Positions 19,303 through 27,555 of a stretch of DNA of 64,000 nucleotides are shown in pieces (position 1 is the first letter of the stretch; each line of letters starts with the position of its first letter). Under the pieces are notes generated by a model. That model was not told the origin of the DNA, searched no databases, and saw nothing but the letters and a program-made list of their open reading frames with translations. The stretch is taken from IMG/VR virus record IMGVR_UViG_3300020048_000085; one strand, written 5' to 3'. This stretch comes from a virus. The translations under genes were made by a program, and so were the position numbers.

Positions 19303-20322
19303 TTAAAATAATTCCTTTAAAATATGTGTTCTTGATGCATAATTATATGCAACTTTTTCATTTTTTATAAAATCTTTTTTATTATTATATTTAGATGCGA
19401 CTTCTAAACATAATTCTTTATTCCAAAATAATCTACCATTTTTCATATGTGAACACACATCATCTATCCAATTACTTCTAGAACATCTTAAATATGATCC
19501 AGTTGAATTTTCATAAAAATCTTTTTTACAATTATATTTTAACGCTTCTTCTTTACATTTATTTTTTGTCCATTTTATAATACTACCACCTACACCTCCG
19601 CCTTTTATCTCATTTAATATATTATAATTGTTATTTCTATATTCTTCAATTTTCTCATCTTCCATTTTTTTAATAATATCAATATCTAAATAATCTGTCA
19701 ATTGTTTAAATATATAATTTACTTTTGTTTTGTGTTTATATTTGTATACTTGACTTTTTTTGTTGGTTTTGTGATAATAATTTCTAATATTTATATCATA
19801 TGTTAACCCTATATACACAGAATTATCATCAAATTCATAAATATATAAGCATCTTCTTTTTAAATTTCCACGATATATCATATGTTCACAAATTTCATCT
19901 ATCCATTTATTTTTGTGTGATATACTATATGCTGACATAGAATTAAATTTAAAATCGCTTTTATTATCATATTTTAATGCTTCTTCTTTACATCGTTCAA
20001 AATTCCAATAGTTTTTACATTTTTGATATTCTATCATATGCTCACAAATTTCATCCAACCAGTTATTTTTTCTTGAATATTCATAATATTTTTTGGAATT
20101 TTTTTGAAAATCAGTTCTTTTTGAATATTTATTTGCTTCATTTTTACACTCTATTTTAGAATATATTTTACAATTTTTATGCTTCATGTGTGAGCAAACA
20201 TCATCTAAAATATGATTGAAATATGCATAATTATATGCATAATTATCATTATTCATAAAATCTTGTTTAAATTTATATTTTAGTGCTATTTCTTGACATA
20301 ATTCTTTTGTGTATTTTATCAT
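19303..20322 (-). CDS. GIY-YIG endonuclease with tandem Cys/His-containing repeats of about 40 aa (W..E.C..HM / YxKCKE..LKY modules); the start is placed at the internal Met (MIKYTKELCQ), although the longest ORF extends to 20358
   Basis: GIY-YIG core YIYEFDDNSVYIGLTYDINIRNYYH, flanked by repeats such as KNKWIDEICEHM. The 20322 start is chosen because an RHH ORF occupies 20325..20498 in another frame, mirroring the paralogous cassette at 61809..63182. Confidence 0.55.
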   Translation of the reverse strand: MIKYTKELCQEIALKYKFKQDFMNNDNYAYNYAYFNHILDDVCSHMKHKNCKIYSKIECKNEANKYSKRTDFQKNSKKYYEYSRKNNWLDEICEHMIEYQKCKNYWNFERCKEEALKYDNKSDFKFNSMSAYSISHKNKWIDEICEHMIYRGNLKRRCLYIYEFDDNSVYIGLTYDINIRNYYHKTNKKSQVYKYKHKTKVNYIFKQLTDYLDIDIIKKMEDEKIEEYRNNNYNILNEIKGGGVGGSIIKWTKNKCKEEALKYNCKKDFYENSTGSYLRCSRSNWIDDVCSHMKNGRLFWNKELCLEVASKYNNKKDFIKNEKVAYNYASRTHILKELF

Positions 20323-20324
20323 AA

Positions 20325-20498
20325 TTATAATTTTATTTTTGATGTATTTATTCCACATTTATTAAAATAATCTAGCATTGCAAATTCTATATATTTTGAC
20401 TTGTTTGTAGTACTATCTAAAATCAAATCGTGTAATTCTGGAGACATAGAAATAGAAATTCTTATTTTTCTATCTTCTTCTTTTTTTAATGTTTTCAT
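20325..20498 (-). CDS. Small ribbon-helix-helix (CopG-like) protein immediately upstream of the GIY-YIG gene
   Basis: A 57-codon ORF (MKTLKKEEDRKIRISISMSPELHDLILDSTTNKSKYIEF...KIKL) with a beta-strand/helix-helix pattern. It is a paralog of the ORF at 63024..63182 and is too short for the ORF track. Confidence 0.35.
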   Translation of the reverse strand: MKTLKKEEDRKIRISISMSPELHDLILDSTTNKSKYIEFAMLDYFNKCGINTSKIKL

Positions 20499-20615
20499 AA
20501 TTTTCTTTTTATTGTATATATAAATATTTTAAAGTCAAAAGGTGTAATTATATAGTAATTTTAAAAATATTCAAACATTTTCTATAAAAAATTATATTAT
20601 ATAATAAATTATAAT

Positions 20616-20623
20616 TATCTTTG
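20616..20623 (+). promoter_or_regulatory. TATCTTTG promoter -7-like motif abutting the RHH gene start
   Basis: An exact copy of the recurring 9-mer TATCTTTGT. It matches the Bacteroidetes sigma-A -7 consensus TAnnTTTG. Confidence 0.35.
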
Positions 20624-20624
20624 T

Positions 20625-20789
20625 ATGAGGAATAGAATTAAAAATGAAGAAAAAAATGTTAAAGTTGGAATTACAATACATCCAGATTTATCTAAAATAT
20701 TAGATGAATATTCAAAAGAAAATAAAATAACCAAATCTAAAGTCATTCAAAATATTATGAATGAGCATTTTAAAAATAAAAATAAATAA
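20625..20789 (+). CDS. Small ribbon-helix-helix (CopG-like) protein, divergent from the minus-strand RHH and immediately upstream of sbcDC
   Basis: MRNRIKNEEKNVKVGITIHPDLSKILDEYSKENKITKSKVIQNIM... A paralog is at 63290..63481. It is under 60 aa and so absent from the track. Confidence 0.4.
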   Translation: MRNRIKNEEKNVKVGITIHPDLSKILDEYSKENKITKSKVIQNIMNEHFKNKNK

Positions 20790-20792
20790 ATA

Positions 20793-23700
20793 ATGAAAAT
20801 TGTACACTTGGCTGATGTTCATATCAGAAATATTGAAAGACATGATGAATACAATACTATTTTTAGTAAAATAGTAAATAAATTAAAAGAATTAAAACCA
20901 GATAGAATAGTTATAGTTGGTGATTTGTTTGAAAGTTATATTGAAATTTCAAATGAAGCACAAATTATTGCAGGATTTTTTTTGACTGAATTATCTAAAA
21001 TTGCTAAAGTTATAATTACTCGTGGTAATCATGATATTCGTAAAAAGAATATAAACAGAGTAGATAGTATAGAAACAGTTATAAAATTGCTCAATAATAA
21101 AAATATTAATTACTATGATAAAACTGGTTTTTATGATGATGAAGATGATTTTGTTTGGGTTGTATATGAACACGCAGACAAATTAAATAATCCTTGGTCA
21201 AATAAGAAAAAAGAAGATGATAAAATATATATTGGTTTATTTCATGATCCAATTTTAAACGTCACGTCTAATACAGGTAGAATATTTAATGATTCTGCTA
21301 AATATAAAAATATTAATTATTTTAAAAATAATAATTTTTTGATGATTGGTGATATCCATAAACGCCAATTTTTAAGAGAAAATAAATCTGCTGCATATTG
21401 TGGTTCAACAATTCAACAAACATTTGGAGAAACAGTTGAAAAACATGGTTTCCTATTATGGGATATAAAATCATCTACTGATTTTGATATTACTGAATGT
21501 GATATTAAAAATGAATATACATTAATAAATTTATTTGTTGATGAAAATTCTGATTATGATAACTTAAATTTATCTGCAGATAATATTGGATTATATCCTG
21601 AATTTAAAGTACATTGGAAAGATTATTCTTCTAATATTAACACAGTAAATGAAAAAAAGATACGAGATTATATTAAAGAAAAATTTAATACAACTCAAGT
21701 AATTTTTGATAAAACTTATTTATATACAGATGTTTTATCATCTAAAATGCTTTCAGAATCTATTGATTTGACAGATGCTCAAACACAAAGAGAAATATTT
21801 GAAGAATATTTAAAAGAGCAAAAATATAAAACAGATGATATTGAATCAATACTTAATATTGATGATATTATTAATAGTAGAATTCAATTAACAGAACAAT
21901 TAAAAAATAATGAATGGAGTATTGATAAATTTTGGTTCAGCAATTTTAAATCTTATGGTGATGATAATGTTGTTGATTGGAGTGATATTTCAGGTTTAGT
22001 ACAAATTCATGGAGAAAATCAAGAAGGTAAAACTACAATTCTTGATGCTCTTATGTATATACTATATGGTAAAACAACCACAACATTAAGTCCAGAAAAA
22101 TTTGGAGATAATAGATATATAAACAATAAAAGGGATTTAAATAGTGTTAGTGGTGGAGCAATAATTAGTACTAATGGTAATAAATTTGTTATTCAAAGAA
22201 GCACAGAAAGAGTTTGGAATAAAAATAAAACTGCTTTAAGTGGTTGTCCAACTGTGTTAGATTTTTATAAGAGTGATGTTATTTGTGAAGAAAATAAGAT
22301 AACTGGTGAGCTTAAAAGTACAACACAAAAAGAATTAGATATAATATTAGGTGATTTGAAAGATTTCATTAGACTATCATTCACAAATGCTGATAATTTA
22401 AATGATTTATTATCTGAAACTAGAAGTGTGTTTATGGATAGTATTATTAGAGATGCTGGATATGATATATTTGAGACTAAATTAAATGAATTTAAGGAAT
22501 ATAAGAAAGAATTAACAGAAGAAAAATTAATAATTAATATTCAAGATTCTGAATTAACAATAGCTGATTTGAAATCTGATATTGATAGTAAGAGAGAAGA
22601 TATAAAGATTAATGATATTCAAATAATAGAATTTGTTGTTGATTTAAAAACAAATAATAAAAGTAGAGATAATTTAAATAAAAATTTAAATAATATTGAT
22701 TCTTCTATGATTAATTTTGATGAGGATTTGAATTTAAATTCAATTGAAAATTACAAAGATAAAATTGAAGAAGCGAAAATACAAACAACTATTTTAAATA
22801 GAGAAATTGATAAATTACCAGATAATTTTGATCCAACTAAATTAAATGAGTATAAAATTAAGTTAAAACAAACAAACAATAAAATATCTGAAAGGAAAGA
22901 TGAAATATCAAATCTTAGAAGATCATTAACAGAATCAGACAATAAAATAGATAAGGTAGATTCTAAAATAGTAGAATTGAAACAATCTGAAATTAAAAAG
23001 ATTTCTTTGAAAATTAGTGATAATGAATTAAATATTGAAGTTATTAAGAACAAAAAAGAGAATATAATAAAAGATGAATTAAAACAATTAACATCATCTA
23101 TTCAAAAAATTGAATTGGATAAAAGTGAAATAACATCTCAAATGAAACTATTACAACGAGATGGTGTAAATTCTAAAAAGTCGAATGATGAATTAGATAA
23201 AGAAATTGAAACCTTTAGAGATTCAAAATCTTGTCCAAGTTGTGGTCGTGATTATGATAAAAATGATCCAAAATATTCAGAGCACATATTACATTTAGAA
23301 GAAAAAATTAAAAGTCTTGAAAATAAAAAAGATGCTAATGATTTAATAATTCAAAAAAGTCTAAGTGAATATAATAAATTGAAATTGTCTATATCTGATT
23401 TTGATGATAAAATATCAAAATTAAAAGATAATAAAGATGATATAATAAAAGGAGTTTACTCAGAAGATATTCTAACTAAATTGAAAGTTGTTGGTAGTAG
23501 TAACCAATTAAAACAAGATAATATTGATTTAAATATATTAATAAATAATATAGAAAATGATAAATTTGAAAATTTAGATTCATTAAAAGAAAATATTGAA
23601 AAAGGTAATAAATTAAAAGAAAATATTGAAAAAAGTAAATCAGATACATTATTAGTCATAAAAAATATTGAATCAGAATTAAAAAATTTTGATATAGATG

Positions 23701-24542
23701 GTATTGAAAATGATATATCTATTGAAGAAACAAACAGAGATAATTTTGAATTAAGAAATAAAAAAGTTTCAAAGAAAGATAATATACAATTAACTATTGA
23801 AAATTTTAATTTAAAAATTAAAGATTTAAATTCAGAAATTGATAAATATCAATCACACAAAATTAAAATAGAAGAAAATAAACTAATACAAGATGATATT
23901 GATGAAATTGATAAAAAGATAACATCTATTAATGATGAAATTAAAAAATTAGAACAAGATAATATCAACAAGGAAAAGGATATGCTTCTTAAGCAAAATG
24001 AGATTCATTTAATTGTAACTAAAATTGAAAAGTATTTAGAACAAAAGAAAAAAGAAGAATTGCTGAAAGAATATCAGAAATGTATATCAAGAGATGGTTT
24101 ACCAACATTCTTATTGAAAAAATCTATTCATCTAATCAATAAAGAAATGTCTGAATTGTTAGTTAATGTTGATTTTACTTTATTTTTTGATGAAAATTTA
24201 ATATTAAGACTTAGTGCAAATGATAGATTGGATGTTAGTCAAAATGCAATTGAGAGTTCAGGTAAAGAAAGAACATTCTGTGCATTAGCACTTAAAATTT
24301 CATTAAGACAAATAAATGTAAAATCAAAACCAACATTTATAGTATTAGATGAAATAATGGGGAAATTAATTGATGGTAAAAAAACCAAATCAATAGAGCA
24401 ATTTGCAAATTTCTTAGATGATTTAAAACACAAAGTAAATAAAATAATAATAATTGAACATGTGCATAATATAAATTATGATGCATTAATTGAAGTTGAA
24501 AAAGATGAAAATTTAATTTCACATTTGGAATTAAATTATTAA
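20793..24542 (+). CDS. sbcCD: Single-polypeptide SbcD(Mre11)-SbcC(Rad50) fusion, a DNA double-strand-break processing nuclease/ATPase
   Basis: N-terminal calcineurin-like phosphoesterase motifs (DVH, VGDLF, RGNHD). These are followed by the Rad50/SbcC Walker A GENQEGKTT, a long coiled coil with a CPSCGR zinc hook, and a C-terminal Walker B/D-loop FIVLDEIMGKL. Confidence 0.8.
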   Translation: MKIVHLADVHIRNIERHDEYNTIFSKIVNKLKELKPDRIVIVGDLFESYIEISNEAQIIAGFFLTELSKIAKVIITRGNHDIRKKNINRVDSIETVIKLLNNKNINYYDKTGFYDDEDDFVWVVYEHADKLNNPWSNKKKEDDKIYIGLFHDPILNVTSNTGRIFNDSAKYKNINYFKNNNFLMIGDIHKRQFLRENKSAAYCGSTIQQTFGETVEKHGFLLWDIKSSTDFDITECDIKNEYTLINLFVDENSDYDNLNLSADNIGLYPEFKVHWKDYSSNINTVNEKKIRDYIKEKFNTTQVIFDKTYLYTDVLSSKMLSESIDLTDAQTQREIFEEYLKEQKYKTDDIESILNIDDIINSRIQLTEQLKNNEWSIDKFWFSNFKSYGDDNVVDWSDISGLVQIHGENQEGKTTILDALMYILYGKTTTTLSPEKFGDNRYINNKRDLNSVSGGAIISTNGNKFVIQRSTERVWNKNKTALSGCPTVLDFYKSDVICEENKITGELKSTTQKELDIILGDLKDFIRLSFTNADNLNDLLSETRSVFMDSIIRDAGYDIFETKLNEFKEYKKELTEEKLIINIQDSELTIADLKSDIDSKREDIKINDIQIIEFVVDLKTNNKSRDNLNKNLNNIDSSMINFDEDLNLNSIENYKDKIEEAKIQTTILNREIDKLPDNFDPTKLNEYKIKLKQTNNKISERKDEISNLRRSLTESDNKIDKVDSKIVELKQSEIKKISLKISDNELNIEVIKNKKENIIKDELKQLTSSIQKIELDKSEITSQMKLLQRDGVNSKKSNDELDKEIETFRDSKSCPSCGRDYDKNDPKYSEHILHLEEKIKSLENKKDANDLIIQKSLSEYNKLKLSISDFDDKISKLKDNKDDIIKGVYSEDILTKLKVVGSSNQLKQDNIDLNILINNIENDKFENLDSLKENIEKGNKLKENIEKSKSDTLLVIKNIESELKNFDIDGIENDISIEETNRDNFELRNKKVSKKDNIQLTIENFNLKIKDLNSEIDKYQSHKIKIEENKLIQDDIDEIDKKITSINDEIKKLEQDNINKEKDMLLKQNEIHLIVTKIEKYLEQKKKEELLKEYQKCISRDGLPTFLLKKSIHLINKEMSELLVNVDFTLFFDENLILRLSANDRLDVSQNAIESSGKERTFCALALKISLRQINVKSKPTFIVLDEIMGKLIDGKKTKSIEQFANFLDDLKHKVNKIIIIEHVHNINYDALIEVEKDENLISHLELNY

Positions 24543-24557
24543 AAATAATTATAATGA

Positions 24558-24815
24558 ATGGGATTTATTAGAACAATTAAGGGTGAAGATAATAAACCTT
24601 TTATTTCACTAGAAGATTTAATTTCTGAAATTGAATATACTAAGAATTTTAATAATGAATATAAAAAAGAATTTTCACAGAATATAAATTATATTGATAT
24701 ATTTTTATCAACATTATATAAAATGGAAGAAGATTATTATGGTGATTTTATATTTAGATTAAATAAAGATGATGAAAATGATGATATTGAAAAAAAGAAA
24801 AAAAAGAAAAAATAA
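24558..24815 (+). CDS. Hypothetical small protein with a poly-Lys C-terminus
   Basis: ORF. The C-terminal KKKKKKK is encoded by an A-rich homopolymeric tract. Confidence 0.35.
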   Translation: MGFIRTIKGEDNKPFISLEDLISEIEYTKNFNNEYKKEFSQNINYIDIFLSTLYKMEEDYYGDFIFRLNKDDENDDIEKKKKKKK

Positions 24816-24817
24816 TT

Positions 24818-25156
24818 ATGACTGGAACTACATTAAATTTATCATATATTCAATGTCCAAATTTACTAACTATACATACACCATCAGACAATTCTAAAGA
24901 TTTGTTACAAATAACCAATAATGGCGAAGTGTATTATAGATATAATGATGAGATGTTGAAAGTTAATTGTCCAGATGATGTCACAGAAGCATTAACTTAT
25001 ACTGTATTAAATTATAACAATTCTTCAATAGAAGATATCTTATTTAATAAATATTTGAATAAAATTTCAACTGGACAAATCACCAATGAACAAACTAGTA
25101 TGCTTGAAAATGTATTTAGAAAATTAAAAATTCAAAAATTAAATGATAATAGATAA
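24818..25156 (+). CDS. Hypothetical protein (112 aa)
   Basis: ORF only. Confidence 0.4.
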   Translation: MTGTTLNLSYIQCPNLLTIHTPSDNSKDLLQITNNGEVYYRYNDEMLKVNCPDDVTEALTYTVLNYNNSSIEDILFNKYLNKISTGQITNEQTSMLENVFRKLKIQKLNDNR

Positions 25157-25700
25157 TAATTTAATACAAAAATCTATTTATAAATGGGCTCCTATTATGA
25201 TTTCATTAGGACTAAAAAATAATAGATTAGCAGGTACACTTTCTTTATTTGCTGAATTATATTCATATAACACAATATATAACCATAATAATAAACTAAT
25301 TATTAATTTAAATGATAGAATTAATGCTACTTTATTACCAATAATGCTGAGAACATTAACATCTTTAAATTTAGAACTAGTCAATTTAATTATAGATAAT
25401 GATAATAAATATGAATTAAATACATATAGCATTAAATTAAAACATATTATTGATGATATTGATGATATTGATGATAGTTTTTGTGTTGATAAATTAATAA
25501 TAGATACTATAACAAATGAAATAAACGAAAAAATTAAAAAAGAAAAATCAGATAAAATGATAATTAGATATGATTTTATCAATTGTGATGTTTCAGAAAA
25601 TTATATAAATTTAACATTAAATTATCTATTGACTAGTATAAAAAAAGAAAGAAGTGATAAAATAAATAAAATAAATAAATTATTAATAACAAATAAATAA
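25143..25700 (+). CDS. Hypothetical protein (185 aa)
   Basis: ORF. It lies directly upstream of the M16 peptidase gene with a 1-nt gap. Confidence 0.4.
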   Translation: MIIDNNLIQKSIYKWAPIMISLGLKNNRLAGTLSLFAELYSYNTIYNHNNKLIINLNDRINATLLPIMLRTLTSLNLELVNLIIDNDNKYELNTYSIKLKHIIDDIDDIDDSFCVDKLIIDTITNEINEKIKKEKSDKMIIRYDFINCDVSENYINLTLNYLLTSIKKERSDKINKINKLLITNK

Positions 25701-26855
25701 ATGGTAATAAACGTAAAGAGTGAGACTGCAATGTCTGGATTTTATATTATATTTAAAGGATCAACTATGAATGAAAAACCTGGTTGGTATGGAATTAGTC
25801 ACCTATGTGAACATATTCTTTGTAAGGCTATATTTCATTTACAAGATACATATCAACAAAAAAATATAAAATGGAATGCATATACTTCGGTAGATACTGT
25901 AGTTTTTTATATGACAGGGATTGATAGACACATAAACAAATATAAAAATGATTTTTTAAATTTATTATTAGATTTTAAACCTACACAAAAACAATTGGAT
26001 AATGAAAAGAAAATTGTTTTAGAAGAGTATAAAATGAGTTTCAATTCACAAATTGAATCTCACTATTTTAATTTACAGAGAAAGATGTTAAGTTATTATA
26101 ATCCTATTGGACTCAGATCTGATATTGAAAATATAACATTACAAGATTGTAATGATTATTTAGATTTATATTTTAAGAATCCAACAAAAATAATAAATGT
26201 ATCAAAATTTAATGATTTTGAAACAGATATAAAATTCAAAGTTGAGATAGATGTTAAACCATTTGAATTTAAAATAAATGATAATTTGTATATTATAACA
26301 TCTGACGATAATACAGATGTACCTAAAGGTATGATACCATTAGAAATTATCACAGAATTTAAAAATAAAGTTAGTATAATTGATGTCTCAACTATGCTTA
26401 CAAAAGATTTTGCATATGCATCATTTGTGTGTGAGATGTTAAGTTCAGGTTTAAATTCTCCATTATATAAAGAGGTTAGAGAAAAATTAGGATTAGTTTA
26501 TTACATAAGTTGTTCATTAGATAAATTAAATGATAAATCTTGTTCAATAAGTATTATCACTAACACATCTAAAAATAATATTGAACGTGTACAACATGAG
26601 ATAAAGAATATATTACAAAACAAAGAAATATATTTAACTCAAGAAAGATTTGATATCATAAAAGATAAGCAACTCACAAAAATTGAAGAAAATGAGATTT
26701 TAAATAATAATATTTCTAAATATATGGAAAATCCTGAATGGATGATTGAAAATATTATAAACACTATAACATTAGATGATGTGTATAGAGTGGTTGATGA
26801 ATATCTAAATTGGGATAATATGTATAAATCTGTAGATATTAATGAATTTTCTTAA
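25701..26855 (+). CDS. M16-family (insulinase/pitrilysin/MPP-like) zinc metallopeptidase
   Basis: An inverted zinc-binding motif HxxEH in the typical context GISHLCEHILCK, close to the N-terminus. The size is consistent with one M16 active unit. Confidence 0.55.
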   Translation: MVINVKSETAMSGFYIIFKGSTMNEKPGWYGISHLCEHILCKAIFHLQDTYQQKNIKWNAYTSVDTVVFYMTGIDRHINKYKNDFLNLLLDFKPTQKQLDNEKKIVLEEYKMSFNSQIESHYFNLQRKMLSYYNPIGLRSDIENITLQDCNDYLDLYFKNPTKIINVSKFNDFETDIKFKVEIDVKPFEFKINDNLYIITSDDNTDVPKGMIPLEIITEFKNKVSIIDVSTMLTKDFAYASFVCEMLSSGLNSPLYKEVREKLGLVYYISCSLDKLNDKSCSISIITNTSKNNIERVQHEIKNILQNKEIYLTQERFDIIKDKQLTKIEENEILNNNISKYMENPEWMIENIINTITLDDVYRVVDEYLNWDNMYKSVDINEFS

Positions 26856-26967
26856 TTAATATATAAATATATTTTTTTAACTATATTATAAATCACTAAT
26901 TATCAATAAGTTATAATTATTATTCAAAATATATAATAAAATGTTTTTTTATTATGATTATTATTAG

Positions 26968-26975
26968 TAAATTTG
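26968..26975 (+). promoter_or_regulatory. Weak TAAATTTG (TAnnTTTG-type) candidate promoter upstream of clpS
   Basis: It matches TAnnTTTG about 50 nt upstream of the clpS ATG. There is no clear -33 TTTG. Confidence 0.2.
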
Positions 26976-27026
26976 CACTGTCAATTAATAATTAAAAATT
27001 ATAATAAAGTTAATATATAACAAATT

Positions 27027-27323
27027 ATGGAAATAAACACAAAAACCAAGTCTTTGGAAGAAATTTTATCTGAGAATGGAATTTCTACAAACACAGAAAA
27101 AGAAAGTAAATTGATATTATGGAATGATGATGTCAACTCTTTTGAATGGGTAATAATATGTTTAATAATGTATTTAAAGTTTACACCAGAAAGAGCAGAA
27201 ACAACAGCTTATAATGTTCATCTTAAAGGAAAAGATATTATTAAAACTGGCTCAAAAGAAGATTTAGAGCCATATAAAAAATTACTAGAAGAAAGAGGAT
27301 TAAGTTTAACAATAGAAACATAA
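27027..27323 (+). CDS. clpS: ClpS, the N-degron (N-end rule) adaptor for ClpA/ClpC
   Basis: LILWNDDVNSFEWVI...AYNVHLKGK aligns with the ClpS core, including the NDD substrate-pocket residues and the conserved His. It has the size and operon position of canonical clpS-clpA. Confidence 0.8.
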   Translation: MEINTKTKSLEEILSENGISTNTEKESKLILWNDDVNSFEWVIICLIMYLKFTPERAETTAYNVHLKGKDIIKTGSKEDLEPYKKLLEERGLSLTIET

Positions 27324-27324
27324 A

Positions 27325-27555
27325 ATGAAAAAAATAATAATAAATTATATTTTATATGTTTATCACAATTATATTCAAAATGATGAATTTGATAATATAT
27401 ATAAAGAGTGGGCTAAACCTTTTATGATGGTACTTAAATATATACACAATGTATACATGTGGATATTTTGTATTATATTTTTTCCAGTTATTTTAATCTT
27501 AATGATGATTGATAGCTATATGAAAAAAAATAGAAAAAAAATAAAAAAATTATGA
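27325..27555 (+). CDS. Small hydrophobic protein between clpS and the unfoldase gene
   Basis: 76 aa with a predicted TM helix (IFCIIFFPVILILMMI). It is tightly packed with ATGA-type overlaps on both sides. Confidence 0.35.
   Translation: MKKIIINYILYVYHNYIQNDEFDNIYKEWAKPFMMVLKYIHNVYMWIFCIIFFPVILILMMIDSYMKKNRKKIKKL

Noticed and set aside
20323-20358. Longest-ORF start of the GIY-YIG gene at 20358
   Set aside because: It overlaps an RHH ORF (20325..20498) in another frame. The paralogous cassette at 61809..63182 shows the endonuclease starting 3 nt after the RHH stop, which corresponds to the internal Met at 20322 here. This is not certain, and the longer start cannot be excluded.
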